In this document: positions 1 to 8,056 of the stretch, one piece after another
Layout of the letters: each line of letters starts with the position of its first letter
Position numbering within the stretch: the stretch's first letter is position 1
DNA from: Naegleria gruberi
Taxonomy: Eukaryota
Strand: one strand, 5' to 3'
Assembly (NCBI GenBank): GCA_000004985.1
Contig: GG738858.1
DNA: 64,000 bases
Position numbers and translations under genes: made by a program
The notes under the pieces: generated by a model
Seen by the model: the letters and a program-made list of their open reading frames with translations, nothing else
The model's database searches: none
What the model was told of the DNA's origin: nothing

Positions 1-630
1 TTACACATGTTGGGAAGTGATAATTCATCAGGTCATGCCAATAATATGATTAATGTGGAATCTGTGGATTTAACTGGTTCAACTCCCTTGTTGATTGCCA
101 TGCAAAGAGAATGTGAAGAGATTATTCAATATTTGGTTGATCATGGAGCTAATATTAATGCTGTGGATATTAGATTGAAATCAACCCTATCGTATTGTAT
201 CAGATTTGAGGAGACGATTGCTTGGTTGCAATACTTTTTGGAGAAGGGAGCTCAAGTGAATGTTGGAGATTGTATTCATGTTGCTTGTGAGGAAGGTTAT
301 GCAGAGGCTGTTGAAATGCTTCTAAACTGGAGAAGTGATTTGGATGTTTGTTCATTCGATAGTGAAGGAAACTCTGTGTTTATTTGTTTGGTGAAACATA
401 AACATGAGAAAATGTTTGAGATTTTGAATATGATACTTCCACAAGCTCTGAAGAATTTAGATAATGATAAGGAAAAGCTGAGATGTTTGCTTCTTCTCCC
501 TTGCCAGCCACCAAAGAGTTTGAATGGAGAAGATTTGGATGTGGAATATGAAGCATTTACACTTCATGGAAAGTTAACAGAATATGGTTGCAAGGATGCT
601 TTACAATTAATTGATGCATATTCAAGCTAA
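1..630 (+). CDS. ankyrin-repeat protein, C-terminal portion (5' end lies outside window)
   Basis: ORF is open from base 1. Translation has ankyrin-repeat signatures (TPLLIAMQ...DHGANINAVD; GAQVNVGD..HVACEEGYAEAVEMLL). Stop TAA at 628-630. Confidence 0.5.
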   Translation, partial: LHMLGSDNSSGHANNMINVESVDLTGSTPLLIAMQRECEEIIQYLVDHGANINAVDIRLKSTLSYCIRFEETIAWLQYFLEKGAQVNVGDCIHVACEEGYAEAVEMLLNWRSDLDVCSFDSEGNSVFICLVKHKHEKMFEILNMILPQALKNLDNDKEKLRCLLLLPCQPPKSLNGEDLDVEYEAFTLHGKLTEYGCKDALQLIDAYSS

Positions 631-813
631 ATGAATTAAATAATATAACAGTATTCTAAAGCCAGATACTATTTAAATAATTTGCTCTTGTCTTGAAGAA
701 GTTATTTTTGAAATACTTGAAACAACCAAAGAACTTATTTCCTTTTTCAAAATCTTTAAATAGCAAAAAAATCTGGAGCCAATCAATGAATTCAACAAAG
801 AAAATAACACAAC

Positions 814-1191
814 ATGAATAATAATAACTTTAATAAAAGCATGATGAATAACAATAGAAGAGTAGGAGAGCAAGATTTGAATCCATTGCCTGGGTTTCAA
901 CCTTTACAAGGAAATGCTCCTTCCTCAATGAGTATTGGATTTGGTGGCAATCTCGTTGGACCAAATAATCCAATTTTCAATGGCTCGAATATTCCTTCTG
1001 CTTCTTCAATGGGAGGAGGTATGAAACCTCAGATGTTACCTGGTTCTAGATTTGATCCAGTTTATCCTATCATTGGGCCATTTGGAGGTTCTGTAAGTGG
1101 AAATAGAGGTGAAAGTTCTTCATCGTCTTCATTTGGAAATATTAATCCAGATCATCACAAACCTCCACAATTTGGAGATGAAGATTTGTAA
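814..1191 (+). CDS. small Gly/Ser/Pro/Asn-rich protein; C-terminal motifs resemble the proline-rich tail of the proteasome inhibitor PI31 (RFDPxxP..GPFGG ... NPDHxxPPxFGDEDL). May be only the 3' exon of a larger gene.
   Basis: ATG at 814 and an intact 125-codon ORF. Low-complexity composition; the motif resemblance was recognised by eye only. Confidence 0.3.
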   Translation: MNNNNFNKSMMNNNRRVGEQDLNPLPGFQPLQGNAPSSMSIGFGGNLVGPNNPIFNGSNIPSASSMGGGMKPQMLPGSRFDPVYPIIGPFGGSVSGNRGESSSSSSFGNINPDHHKPPQFGDEDL

Positions 1192-1307
1192 TTTCGATAA
1201 CGAGTGAAACAAGAGTTTCAATAAATATAGCCCGAGTTTAATGTGAATAAAATTTGCTTTCAAAGATTTTCAATATTCTTTATATTTATTGTGTTAAGGT
1301 AATGAAT

Positions 1308-1425
1308 GGCTACGGCCATATCACGATGAATGCACCTCATCCCGTCCGATTTGAGAAGTTAAGCATCGTCGAGCCACATCAGTACTGAGGTTGGAGACAA
1401 CTTGGGAACCTGTGGTGCTGTAGTC
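1308..1425 (+). rRNA. 5S ribosomal RNA (118 nt)
   Basis: GGCTACGGCCATATCACGATGAATGCACCTCATCCCGTCCGATTTGAGAAGTTAAGCATCGTCGAGCC...GGGAACCTGTGGTGCTGTAGTC matches the universal 5S consensus (CCCGTCCGAT, AGTTAAGC, GTACTG, CTGGGAA). A 9-bp helix I forms between the 5' GGCUACGGC and the 3' GCUGUAGUC. It is followed by a T5 run. Confidence 0.85.
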
Positions 1426-1430
1426 TTTTT
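1426..1430 (+). terminator. Pol III oligo-T terminator of 5S copy 1
   Basis: TTTTT immediately 3' of the 5S gene. Confidence 0.4.
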
Positions 1431-1538
1431 ATCACACATTAATTTCGATAAATAGATGATTCACAGCACCAAAAAAAAGGAAATTCAACTTTTTCAACAC
1501 TCATTGGAATTGCTGATTTACAGAGCTCAACAGCCAAT

Positions 1539-2675
1539 TTAGAAACACTTTCTATGAACAAAACCTGGACCAGCCTCCTCATATTCCTCTTTCGATATCC
1601 ACATCTGCTGAAAGGTTGCAAGACTCGCGAGGATACTACCTCCAATCCAAACTGAATACTTTCTTTCAGGTGGGGCGACAACCTTTATCTTCATTGAGGC
1701 TGGTGCCAAAGCAGTCAATTCCTTGGTCATTCTTTCAGCAATACCTTCGAACATGGTATTACCACCTGACAAGACAACATTTCCATACAATTCCTTTCTA
1801 ATGTCAATGTCACATTTACCAATTGAGTTGAATGCCATTTCATGAACACCAGCAGCCTCCATTTTTTCAACCAAATTAGGTTGGAATAAAACTTCTGGAC
1901 ATCTGAATCGTTCGTTACCAATTGTTATCACATTACCATCTGGTAATTCGTATAACTTTTCCACGGAGGATGATTCAGCAGCAACTTTCATTTCAGCTTC
2001 GAAATCTAAAGCAATATAACAGAGCTTTTCCTTAATACCTCTGACAACTTCTCTTTCAGCAGTAGTATTGAATGAGTAACCTCTTTCCATCAAAATATTC
2101 ATCAAACAATCAGTCAAGTCACGACCAGCCAAATCCAATCTCAAAATGGCATGTGGCAAGGCATAACCTTCATAAATTGGAACAGTGTGTGAAACACCAT
2201 CACCAGAATCCAAAACTATACCAGTACTTCTACCAGAAGCATACAATGACAAGACAGCTTGAATGGAAACATACATGGCCGGAACTGAGAAGGTTTCAAA
2301 CATGATTTGACTCATCTTTTCTCTATTTGGCTTTGGATTAAAAGGAGCTTCAGTCAACAAGACTGGATGTTCCTCAGGAGCAACACATAATTCATTGTAG
2401 AAGGTGTGATGCCAGATCTTTTCCATATCATCCCAATTAGTAACAATACCGTGCTCAATTGGATACCTTAAAGTCAAGACACCACACTTGTATTGAGCTT
2501 CATCACCAACATAGGCATCCTTACCAAACATTCCAATCATGATTGACTTTTGCTTTGGTCTAGCAACAATTGAGGGAAAGACAGCTCTTGGAGCATCATC
2601 ACCAGCAAAACCAGCTTTACACATACCAGAACCGTTGTCAACAACGAGAGTTTGAACGTCTTCATAGAAAGACAT
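1539..2675 (-). CDS. actin (divergent paralog, 378 aa)
   Basis: First ATG is at 2675-2673 ([37 protein letters not shown]...); the track's upstream 'M' is TTG. High identity by eye to conventional actin along the whole length, including the C-terminal ...[20 protein letters not shown]. No intron. Confidence 0.85.
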   Translation of the reverse strand: MSFYEDVQTLVVDNGSGMCKAGFAGDDAPRAVFPSIVARPKQKSIMIGMFGKDAYVGDEAQYKCGVLTLRYPIEHGIVTNWDDMEKIWHHTFYNELCVAPEEHPVLLTEAPFNPKPNREKMSQIMFETFSVPAMYVSIQAVLSLYASGRSTGIVLDSGDGVSHTVPIYEGYALPHAILRLDLAGRDLTDCLMNILMERGYSFNTTAEREVVRGIKEKLCYIALDFEAEMKVAAESSSVEKLYELPDGNVITIGNERFRCPEVLFQPNLVEKMEAAGVHEMAFNSIGKCDIDIRKELYGNVVLSGGNTMFEGIAERMTKELTALAPASMKIKVVAPPERKYSVWIGGSILASLATFQQMWISKEEYEEAGPGFVHRKCF

Positions 2676-2967
2676 TTGATTTGTTTTTTTTAAAGTTTGT
2701 TCATCTGGACAACATTTGACAATTTGAAGTTGACTCAAGTCTTCATATCAGAGCTATCAGTCATATCCGTCAAGTAAATGAAAAAAGAACTTTTGAATTT
2801 TTGCTGGTTCCTAAATTTAGAAAATATTGAAATGATATGGAGTTGGATTGTTCTTTGTTCGATAGTAATTCAAAATAATTCAAAGATTGTTGTGAACATC
2901 CCTTGTTGAAGATCAATAGGTAAGAATGCTTACCATTCCCCAAATGATTTCATCTATATTTCAGTTT

Positions 2968-3966
2968 TTATTCAAATATTCTAATGGAAAAGGCCTGTTG
3001 ATCAGCAATGAACAATAATCCACTTTTCTCATCAAAATCCATTCCAAATGGGCTTAGTGTAGATGTAGAATCTTGTATGTGTGAATGTATTAAATTTCCA
3101 TCCAAATCAAACACTAAAATTCTCTTATTATCATAATCTGAAAGGAAGAATTTCTTGCCAGTTCTATCAATTGCAAATCCTAATGGTTGACTACAGGGAA
3201 TATTATCCACTTGGTTAATTGTTCGAATTAATTTCCATTCATTTGGATTAATCTCATCATAAATAAAGCAGGCATTAACAGCAAGATCTGAAACAATCAT
3301 CCTATTTGGTCTAAGAAATTTAACATCCACTATTCTACTGAGATTTTCAAGTTTGAGCTGGGCAATAATTTTGCCATCTGTGGTATCTATGACATCCATC
3401 TCTTTGCTCATATTGTTAAATCTGAATAATTGTTTCCGATTTCCAATTTCTCTGATGGCCATTCCATATTGATGATTAGTCTCAATACTCCAAATACATT
3501 CAGCTTCATTTCCCAATTTCAATAAATCCTTAACTCTATATTTCCCTAAACCATTTGAGCATCTAAAGTAAATGGCGTCATTATTAAAATTTTCTTCAAT
3601 CACTAAACTCATACATCTGCCAACAATTGGAAATGCTGTCAAATATTCTAAACTAGTCAAATCAAAAAATTTAATTTCCTTATTCGCATCATCAGCCACA
3701 CAAACAAAGTTATGGGTGTGAGAAATCTTTACATCGGATGGAAAGCGAAGACCATGATTCTTGTTTGAATCAATTTTTTTAATTTCATTAAACTTCATTG
3801 CAAACGGAATTGTTTTCTGATAATTTCTCATCTTGTTTTTTAATTGATCAAATAAAACATGATCGGATTTTAATTGATCAAAATCGAGCAGGGAAACATT
3901 TAGAGAGCGTGTGTCCTCTTCCTGCAATAATTGGTGAAGAAGATTCGGAGAAGGTTGTTGCGACAT
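2968..3966 (-). CDS. NHL-repeat (beta-propeller) protein, 332 aa
   Basis: ATG at 3966. NHL-type repeats are recognisable: PLGFAIDRTGKKFFLSDYDNKRILVFDLDGNLI and PFGMDFDEKSGLLFIADQQAFSIRIF. Confidence 0.5.
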   Translation of the reverse strand: MSQQPSPNLLHQLLQEEDTRSLNVSLLDFDQLKSDHVLFDQLKNKMRNYQKTIPFAMKFNEIKKIDSNKNHGLRFPSDVKISHTHNFVCVADDANKEIKFFDLTSLEYLTAFPIVGRCMSLVIEENFNNDAIYFRCSNGLGKYRVKDLLKLGNEAECIWSIETNHQYGMAIREIGNRKQLFRFNNMSKEMDVIDTTDGKIIAQLKLENLSRIVDVKFLRPNRMIVSDLAVNACFIYDEINPNEWKLIRTINQVDNIPCSQPLGFAIDRTGKKFFLSDYDNKRILVFDLDGNLIHSHIQDSTSTLSPFGMDFDEKSGLLFIADQQAFSIRIFE

Positions 3967-4153
3967 TTTTTTTTAATTTATTTTTACAACAGTTTCAATC
4001 TTTGTAACCAAACTGTGCAAGAAACACTGGAATTTGAGAGTTTTTAGTATTCTTTACAATATAGGTCCAGCCTTGTTTAATATATAACATGAATAAATTT
4101 TGCTTTCGGAGATTTTCAATATTCTTTATATTCATTGTATTAAGGTAATGAAT

Positions 4154-4271
4154 GGCTACGGCCATATCACGATGAAAGCACCTCATCCCGTCCGATTTGA
4201 GAAGTTAAGCATCGTCGAGCCACATCAGTACTGAGGTTGGAGACAACTTGGGAACCTGTGGTGCTGTAGTC
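4154..4271 (+). rRNA. 5S ribosomal RNA, second copy (118 nt; one A/T difference from copy 1)
   Basis: Near-identical to 1308-1425. The same conserved upstream block of about 85 bp (..ttttgctttc.gagattttcaatattctttatatt.attgt.ttaaggtaatgaatGGCTACGG) is present. Followed by a T5 run at 4272-4276. Confidence 0.85.
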
Positions 4272-4452
4272 TTTTTAATTAAGTTTTAAGACACATGAAT
4301 CTTTAAAGTTGTTCATGTAGTCTTTTTGAGGAGAATTTTACTCCCTGTTCAAAGTATTAACATTTGATATTTGGGCATTTAATTAAAGTAGTACCACAAC
4401 ATCTTTCTCGGCCAATTGGCTTTGATCGAGTGAAGTTTCTGTTCTTTTCAGT

Positions 4453-4842
4453 TTAATAGCTGAAAGCAGCCCAAGGGTTGCCTCCTCTCAATCTCAATAC
4501 TAAATGCACAGTTGAGTCCTTTTGAAGATTGTAATCATTAATGGTTCTGCCATCTTCCAATTGTTTTCCTGCATAAATCAATCGTTGTTGATCTGAAGGA
4601 ATACCTTCTTTATCAAATATCTTTTGTTTCATATTCTCAACAGTATCACTCGATTCCATTTCAATTGTAATTGTCTTTCCAGTTAAGGTTTTTACTTGTT
4701 TTCCAGCAAAGATGAGTCTTTGTTGATCTGGTGAAATTCCTTCCTTTTCTTGAACTTTTCTTTTCACATTTTCAATTGAATCATTAGATTCAACTTCCAA
4801 AGTGATTGTTCTACCAATGAGTGTCTTGACGAATAATTGCAT
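4453..4842 (-). CDS. ubiquitin-like protein with internal partial duplication (Ub residues 1-49 fused to Ub residues 5-76, then GG + NPWAAFSY tail), 129 aa
   Basis: ATG at 4842-4840. [29 protein letters not shown] is followed by [53 protein letters not shown]48/K63 equivalents and the GG are retained in the second unit. Confidence 0.7.
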   Translation of the reverse strand: MQLFVKTLIGRTITLEVESNDSIENVKRKVQEKEGISPDQQRLIFAGKQVKTLTGKTITIEMESSDTVENMKQKIFDKEGIPSDQQRLIYAGKQLEDGRTINDYNLQKDSTVHLVLRLRGGNPWAAFSY

Positions 4843-4844
4843 TA

Positions 4845-5036
4845 TGTTTGTTGTTTTTTTTTCTTATTGTTTTTCTTTGAATTCAAAGCATTTCTTTGCA
4901 TTTTATTCTTGTAAACCTCCATTCCAATAAGATTTGGTTGAAATAATATCTCAGTAGTTTTGAATCTTTCATTCCCAAGTGAAATTACATTTCCATCTGG
5001 CAATTCTAGACCGTGGGAGGTGAGAAGGATTGACAA
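4845..5036 (-). pseudogene. detached actin C-terminal fragment (..[31 protein letters not shown]..), then non-actin Lys-rich sequence
   Basis: An in-frame stretch matches actin residues ~240-275 and the equivalent region of the 1539-2675 actin. The track 'start' is TTG. Its stop TAA overlaps the ATG of the Ub-like gene (TAATG). No valid splice joins it to the 5497-6225 ORF. Confidence 0.4.
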
Positions 5037-5496
5037 ATATTTTAAAAAAAAATTAAGAAGTCACTCAAAAAACAATTTGTTAAAGTCGAGCCGAAGGTTT
5101 ATTGGACCAAGAGTGAGACAGTGTGTTCAAAGTATCAATTACCACTTGTTCTTCTAGAAACAAGTACTTCTGGGTTCTTGTACATGAACCTTCGCTTTAA
5201 TGTACCAACAATTTCAAGTAAATGGGCAGGCACTTATCTAGATGATGTTTTGGTGAGGTGAATGTAGTAATGGCTGGTGAGGAAGGAAGCAAAGGGAGAA
5301 CTCTCCTCATGGTGGCTTCTCAAGGTAGCATGCTGAAGGTGGGAATACCAACCAATATACCTATTTAGCAGGGTGATGATGAAATCATGATGAGTAATTG
5401 TTGTTTGTTGTTTTTTTTTGTTGAATATTTAACGGTCAGAACAGACAACTTTCAGCGGTTATTGGTTGGCGCGAAATTACCGTGATGTAACATTTT

Positions 5497-6225
5497 TTAG
5501 CTCACCTCCCTCGGTCTAGGCAATTCATATAAACTTTCTTTCGCTGTTTCTGCCAAAAAATTACTGGCAACATAACCAGTTTTTTCCTTCATATCCCTGA
5601 CTAGTTCAGTTTCACCCATCGTGCTGAAATTATATCCTCGTTCCATTAACATTTTCTTCAAATAATCTGTCAGGTCTTTGCCTCCTAATTCCAATCTTTT
5701 GGTGGCATGTGACAGGGCATATCCTTCATAAACAGGTACTGAATTAGTGACGCCATCACCTGATTCCAATACTACACCTGTCATTCTACCATTTGCAAAT
5801 ATTGACATGGCACATTGATTTGCCAAACACAAACCTCTCACCTTAAAACTTTCAAACATGATTTGTGTCATTTTCACTTTCACATCCTTTGAATTTAGTG
5901 GCATTTCCATCAGTAATACTTCATGCTCCTCAGGAGCAACTCTTAACTCATTGTAAAATGTATGATGCCATATCTTTTCCATATGATACCAATCTGAAAT
6001 TAATCCACGATCAATTGGATATTTGTAAACATTAATACCCCTCCTACACAATGCATAATCTCCAACGTAAGTTTCGATAGAGCCCATTGAAAGGAGGAAG
6101 GGTGCTACTTTTCGATGTGAAGTTACTGTGGGAAAGACTGCTCGTGGAGCATAATCACCAGAAAAACCAGCTTTCATTTGAGAGGAACCATTATCAATGA
6201 TGAGTGGTGGATTTTCATCAGTCAT
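5497..6225 (-). CDS. actin-like protein, N-terminal two thirds only (242 aa; clearly less similar to actin than the 1539-2675 paralog), ending ..ESLYELPRPREVS*. Probably truncated or pseudogenised.
   Basis: ATG at 6225. IIDNGSSQMKAGFSGDYAPRAVFPT...[24 protein letters not shown]...SGDGVTNSVPVYEGYALSHA are actin-fold motifs. The ORF terminates where actin continues (ELPDGQVI..). The stop lies in GAG GTG AGC TAA, which is donor-like, but no in-frame acceptor rescues it. Confidence 0.55.
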   Translation of the reverse strand: MTDENPPLIIDNGSSQMKAGFSGDYAPRAVFPTVTSHRKVAPFLLSMGSIETYVGDYALCRRGINVYKYPIDRGLISDWYHMEKIWHHTFYNELRVAPEEHEVLLMEMPLNSKDVKVKMTQIMFESFKVRGLCLANQCAMSIFANGRMTGVVLESGDGVTNSVPVYEGYALSHATKRLELGGKDLTDYLKKMLMERGYNFSTMGETELVRDMKEKTGYVASNFLAETAKESLYELPRPREVS

Positions 6226-6323
6226 TTTTTTTTGTAAGTTTTAAATTGGGAACTTGGAACAATATTTCACTTGCATTAAAAGTTCAAAATTTTTGTGATT
6301 ATCTCAATAATATAAAATCTTAA

Positions 6324-6394
6324 CTCGAACGCCGGGAATTGAACCCGGGTCGCCAGAGTGACAGTCTGGAATGCTACCACTATACCACGCCCGA
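6324..6394 (-). tRNA. trnD-GUC: tRNA-Asp (anticodon GUC)
   Basis: Reverse complement is TCGGGCG TG GTAT AGTGGTA GCAT T CCAGA CTGTCAC TCTGG CGAC CCGGG TTCAATT CCCGG CGTTCGA G. It gives a cloverleaf with the anticodon loop CUGUCAC and a GGTTCAATTCC T-arm. Confidence 0.8.
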
Positions 6395-6599
6395 TTACAT
6401 ACCTTACGAAATCTCACCTTAATTCACCTTAATAACAAATCTCACTCAATTCTGGCTAATTTGTATTTATTCAAAGGTATTTATGTTTTTAAAAGCTCCA
6501 TGAACTTGGCTGGAAATTCAATTAAATGTGGAAACTTCTCTATTTGTTTCAGATGTGCATTTTCGAAAATGCATCTTTTTTTTCAAATATGAATCACAA

Positions 6600-7808
6600 A
6601 TGGACAAAGTTGATGGAAACACAACCAAAAAAATGGATCCACAACTAACGTTCAAGGCATACAGCAAGATTGAAAATCATCATCAGGAGAGTTTCGTTTC
6701 AAAGTTATTGGAAAAGGAAACTGAAGATTCGGATAAGAAATTGGAATGGGTTTGCTTGGAGAAAGTGCATGGTAGCAATTTCAGCTTTATTGTTGTTCCT
6801 AAAGAAGGATCACAAGATAAAGTTGAAGTATTGAAAGCAAATCGTACCAATGTTCTTACCATATTAAGTAATTTCTTTGTGGAAGCTCAAAAAGAAGTTT
6901 ACGAAAGATATTACAAGAGTTGTGTTAAATTATTCGAAATTATTTCTCAAAATGCAGAAAAATTCAAACGAAAGACTATGGAAACTGAAAGTGAAATTAC
7001 AAAAATTCACATATTTGGTGAATTATTTGGTGGATACTTTCCAAAATTGAAAAATGATCAAGATTCGAATGGTATTCGTAAAGCACACATTCAAAAAGGT
7101 GTTTACTATTGTCCACATTATGATTTTTACGTATTTGATGTGGCAGTGACATTTGGCGACCAAGATACTTGGTTACTTTTCGATGAGGCAGATCCAATTC
7201 TTGAAGAAGCAGGATTTAGAGTTAGAGCTAAACCACTTTTTAGAGGTTCATTGAAGGAATGTTTGGATTTTGATGTGGAAATTAACACGATAATTCCACA
7301 AACTTTTTATTCTGACATTTTGACAGAAAATGATATTTTATTTAAGGAAAAGGAAAATATTTGTGAAGGAGTGGTGATTAAACCTGCTAATGGTACTGTA
7401 TTTGTCGGATCGAGGGCAATTATTAAGAAGAAGAATTCAAAATTTACTGAAGTCAATCCTGCCAAAGATAAATCTAAACGAATGAAGAAACAGGAAAAAT
7501 CTGTGGATCAAGACGAACAAGAAATGATTTCTAATGTGTGGAATGAAATTGAGCGATATTTGAATAATAATCGTCTTGATAATGTCGTTTCCAAAGTTGG
7601 AAATATTACTAGAGAAAATCTTTCACTTGTTTTGAAGAATTTTGTGAACGATGCCATTGAGGATTATGATAAAGATCAACAAGAATTGGGAGAAGAAGGA
7701 GCTACCCTATCATCCCTTCCAGTCAACATTCAAAAATCAATCAAGAAGAAATTGGGATCCACCTGTCAAGCAATTCTTCTAAAATACATGAACGAAAACA
7801 AACAATAA
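6600..7808 (+). CDS. ATP-dependent RNA ligase, Rnl2 (RNA ligase 2) / RNA-editing-ligase family, 402 aa
   Basis: First ATG is at 6600 (MDKVDGN..); the track start is GTG at 6528. Nucleotidyltransferase motif I is the Rnl2-type K-x-H-G-x-N-F (EWVCLEKVHGSNFSF). Further motifs are IFGELFGG and EGVVIKP (motif V). Confidence 0.6.
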   Translation: MDKVDGNTTKKMDPQLTFKAYSKIENHHQESFVSKLLEKETEDSDKKLEWVCLEKVHGSNFSFIVVPKEGSQDKVEVLKANRTNVLTILSNFFVEAQKEVYERYYKSCVKLFEIISQNAEKFKRKTMETESEITKIHIFGELFGGYFPKLKNDQDSNGIRKAHIQKGVYYCPHYDFYVFDVAVTFGDQDTWLLFDEADPILEEAGFRVRAKPLFRGSLKECLDFDVEINTIIPQTFYSDILTENDILFKEKENICEGVVIKPANGTVFVGSRAIIKKKNSKFTEVNPAKDKSKRMKKQEKSVDQDEQEMISNVWNEIERYLNNNRLDNVVSKVGNITRENLSLVLKNFVNDAIEDYDKDQQELGEEGATLSSLPVNIQKSIKKKLGSTCQAILLKYMNENKQ

Positions 7809-8056
7809 ACCCAGATTCTAACACTCTTACCTTAATAAATTCCCATCTTTAAATCAGTTAATGTACTTCACTTGCATGAAGATGATCTTTTTGAGAGAGA
7901 GATTTAAAAAGTTCATCAAAACTCAATCTCTGAAATTTTATTTCATCGTAATGAACCAGAAAAAAATATTATTTTTTTAATCATCAAAAAAAAACCTTAA
8001 TAACAAACTCTGTCGGGAACAGATAGCAATTATCATTATTATTGTTATCAATCAAT

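Noticed and set aside
1439-1681. 80-aa ORF on the minus strand between 5S copy 1 and the actin gene
   Set aside because: It overlaps the actin 3' end in another frame and has no start ATG context or similarity. It is a spurious antisense ORF. The same applies to 3995-4186 next to 5S copy 2.
5037-5496. 460-bp GC-richer insert between the two actin-like pieces as a mobile element
   Set aside because: No terminal repeats, target-site duplication or transposase/RT coding capacity is visible. It is left as unexplained spacer or decayed intron.
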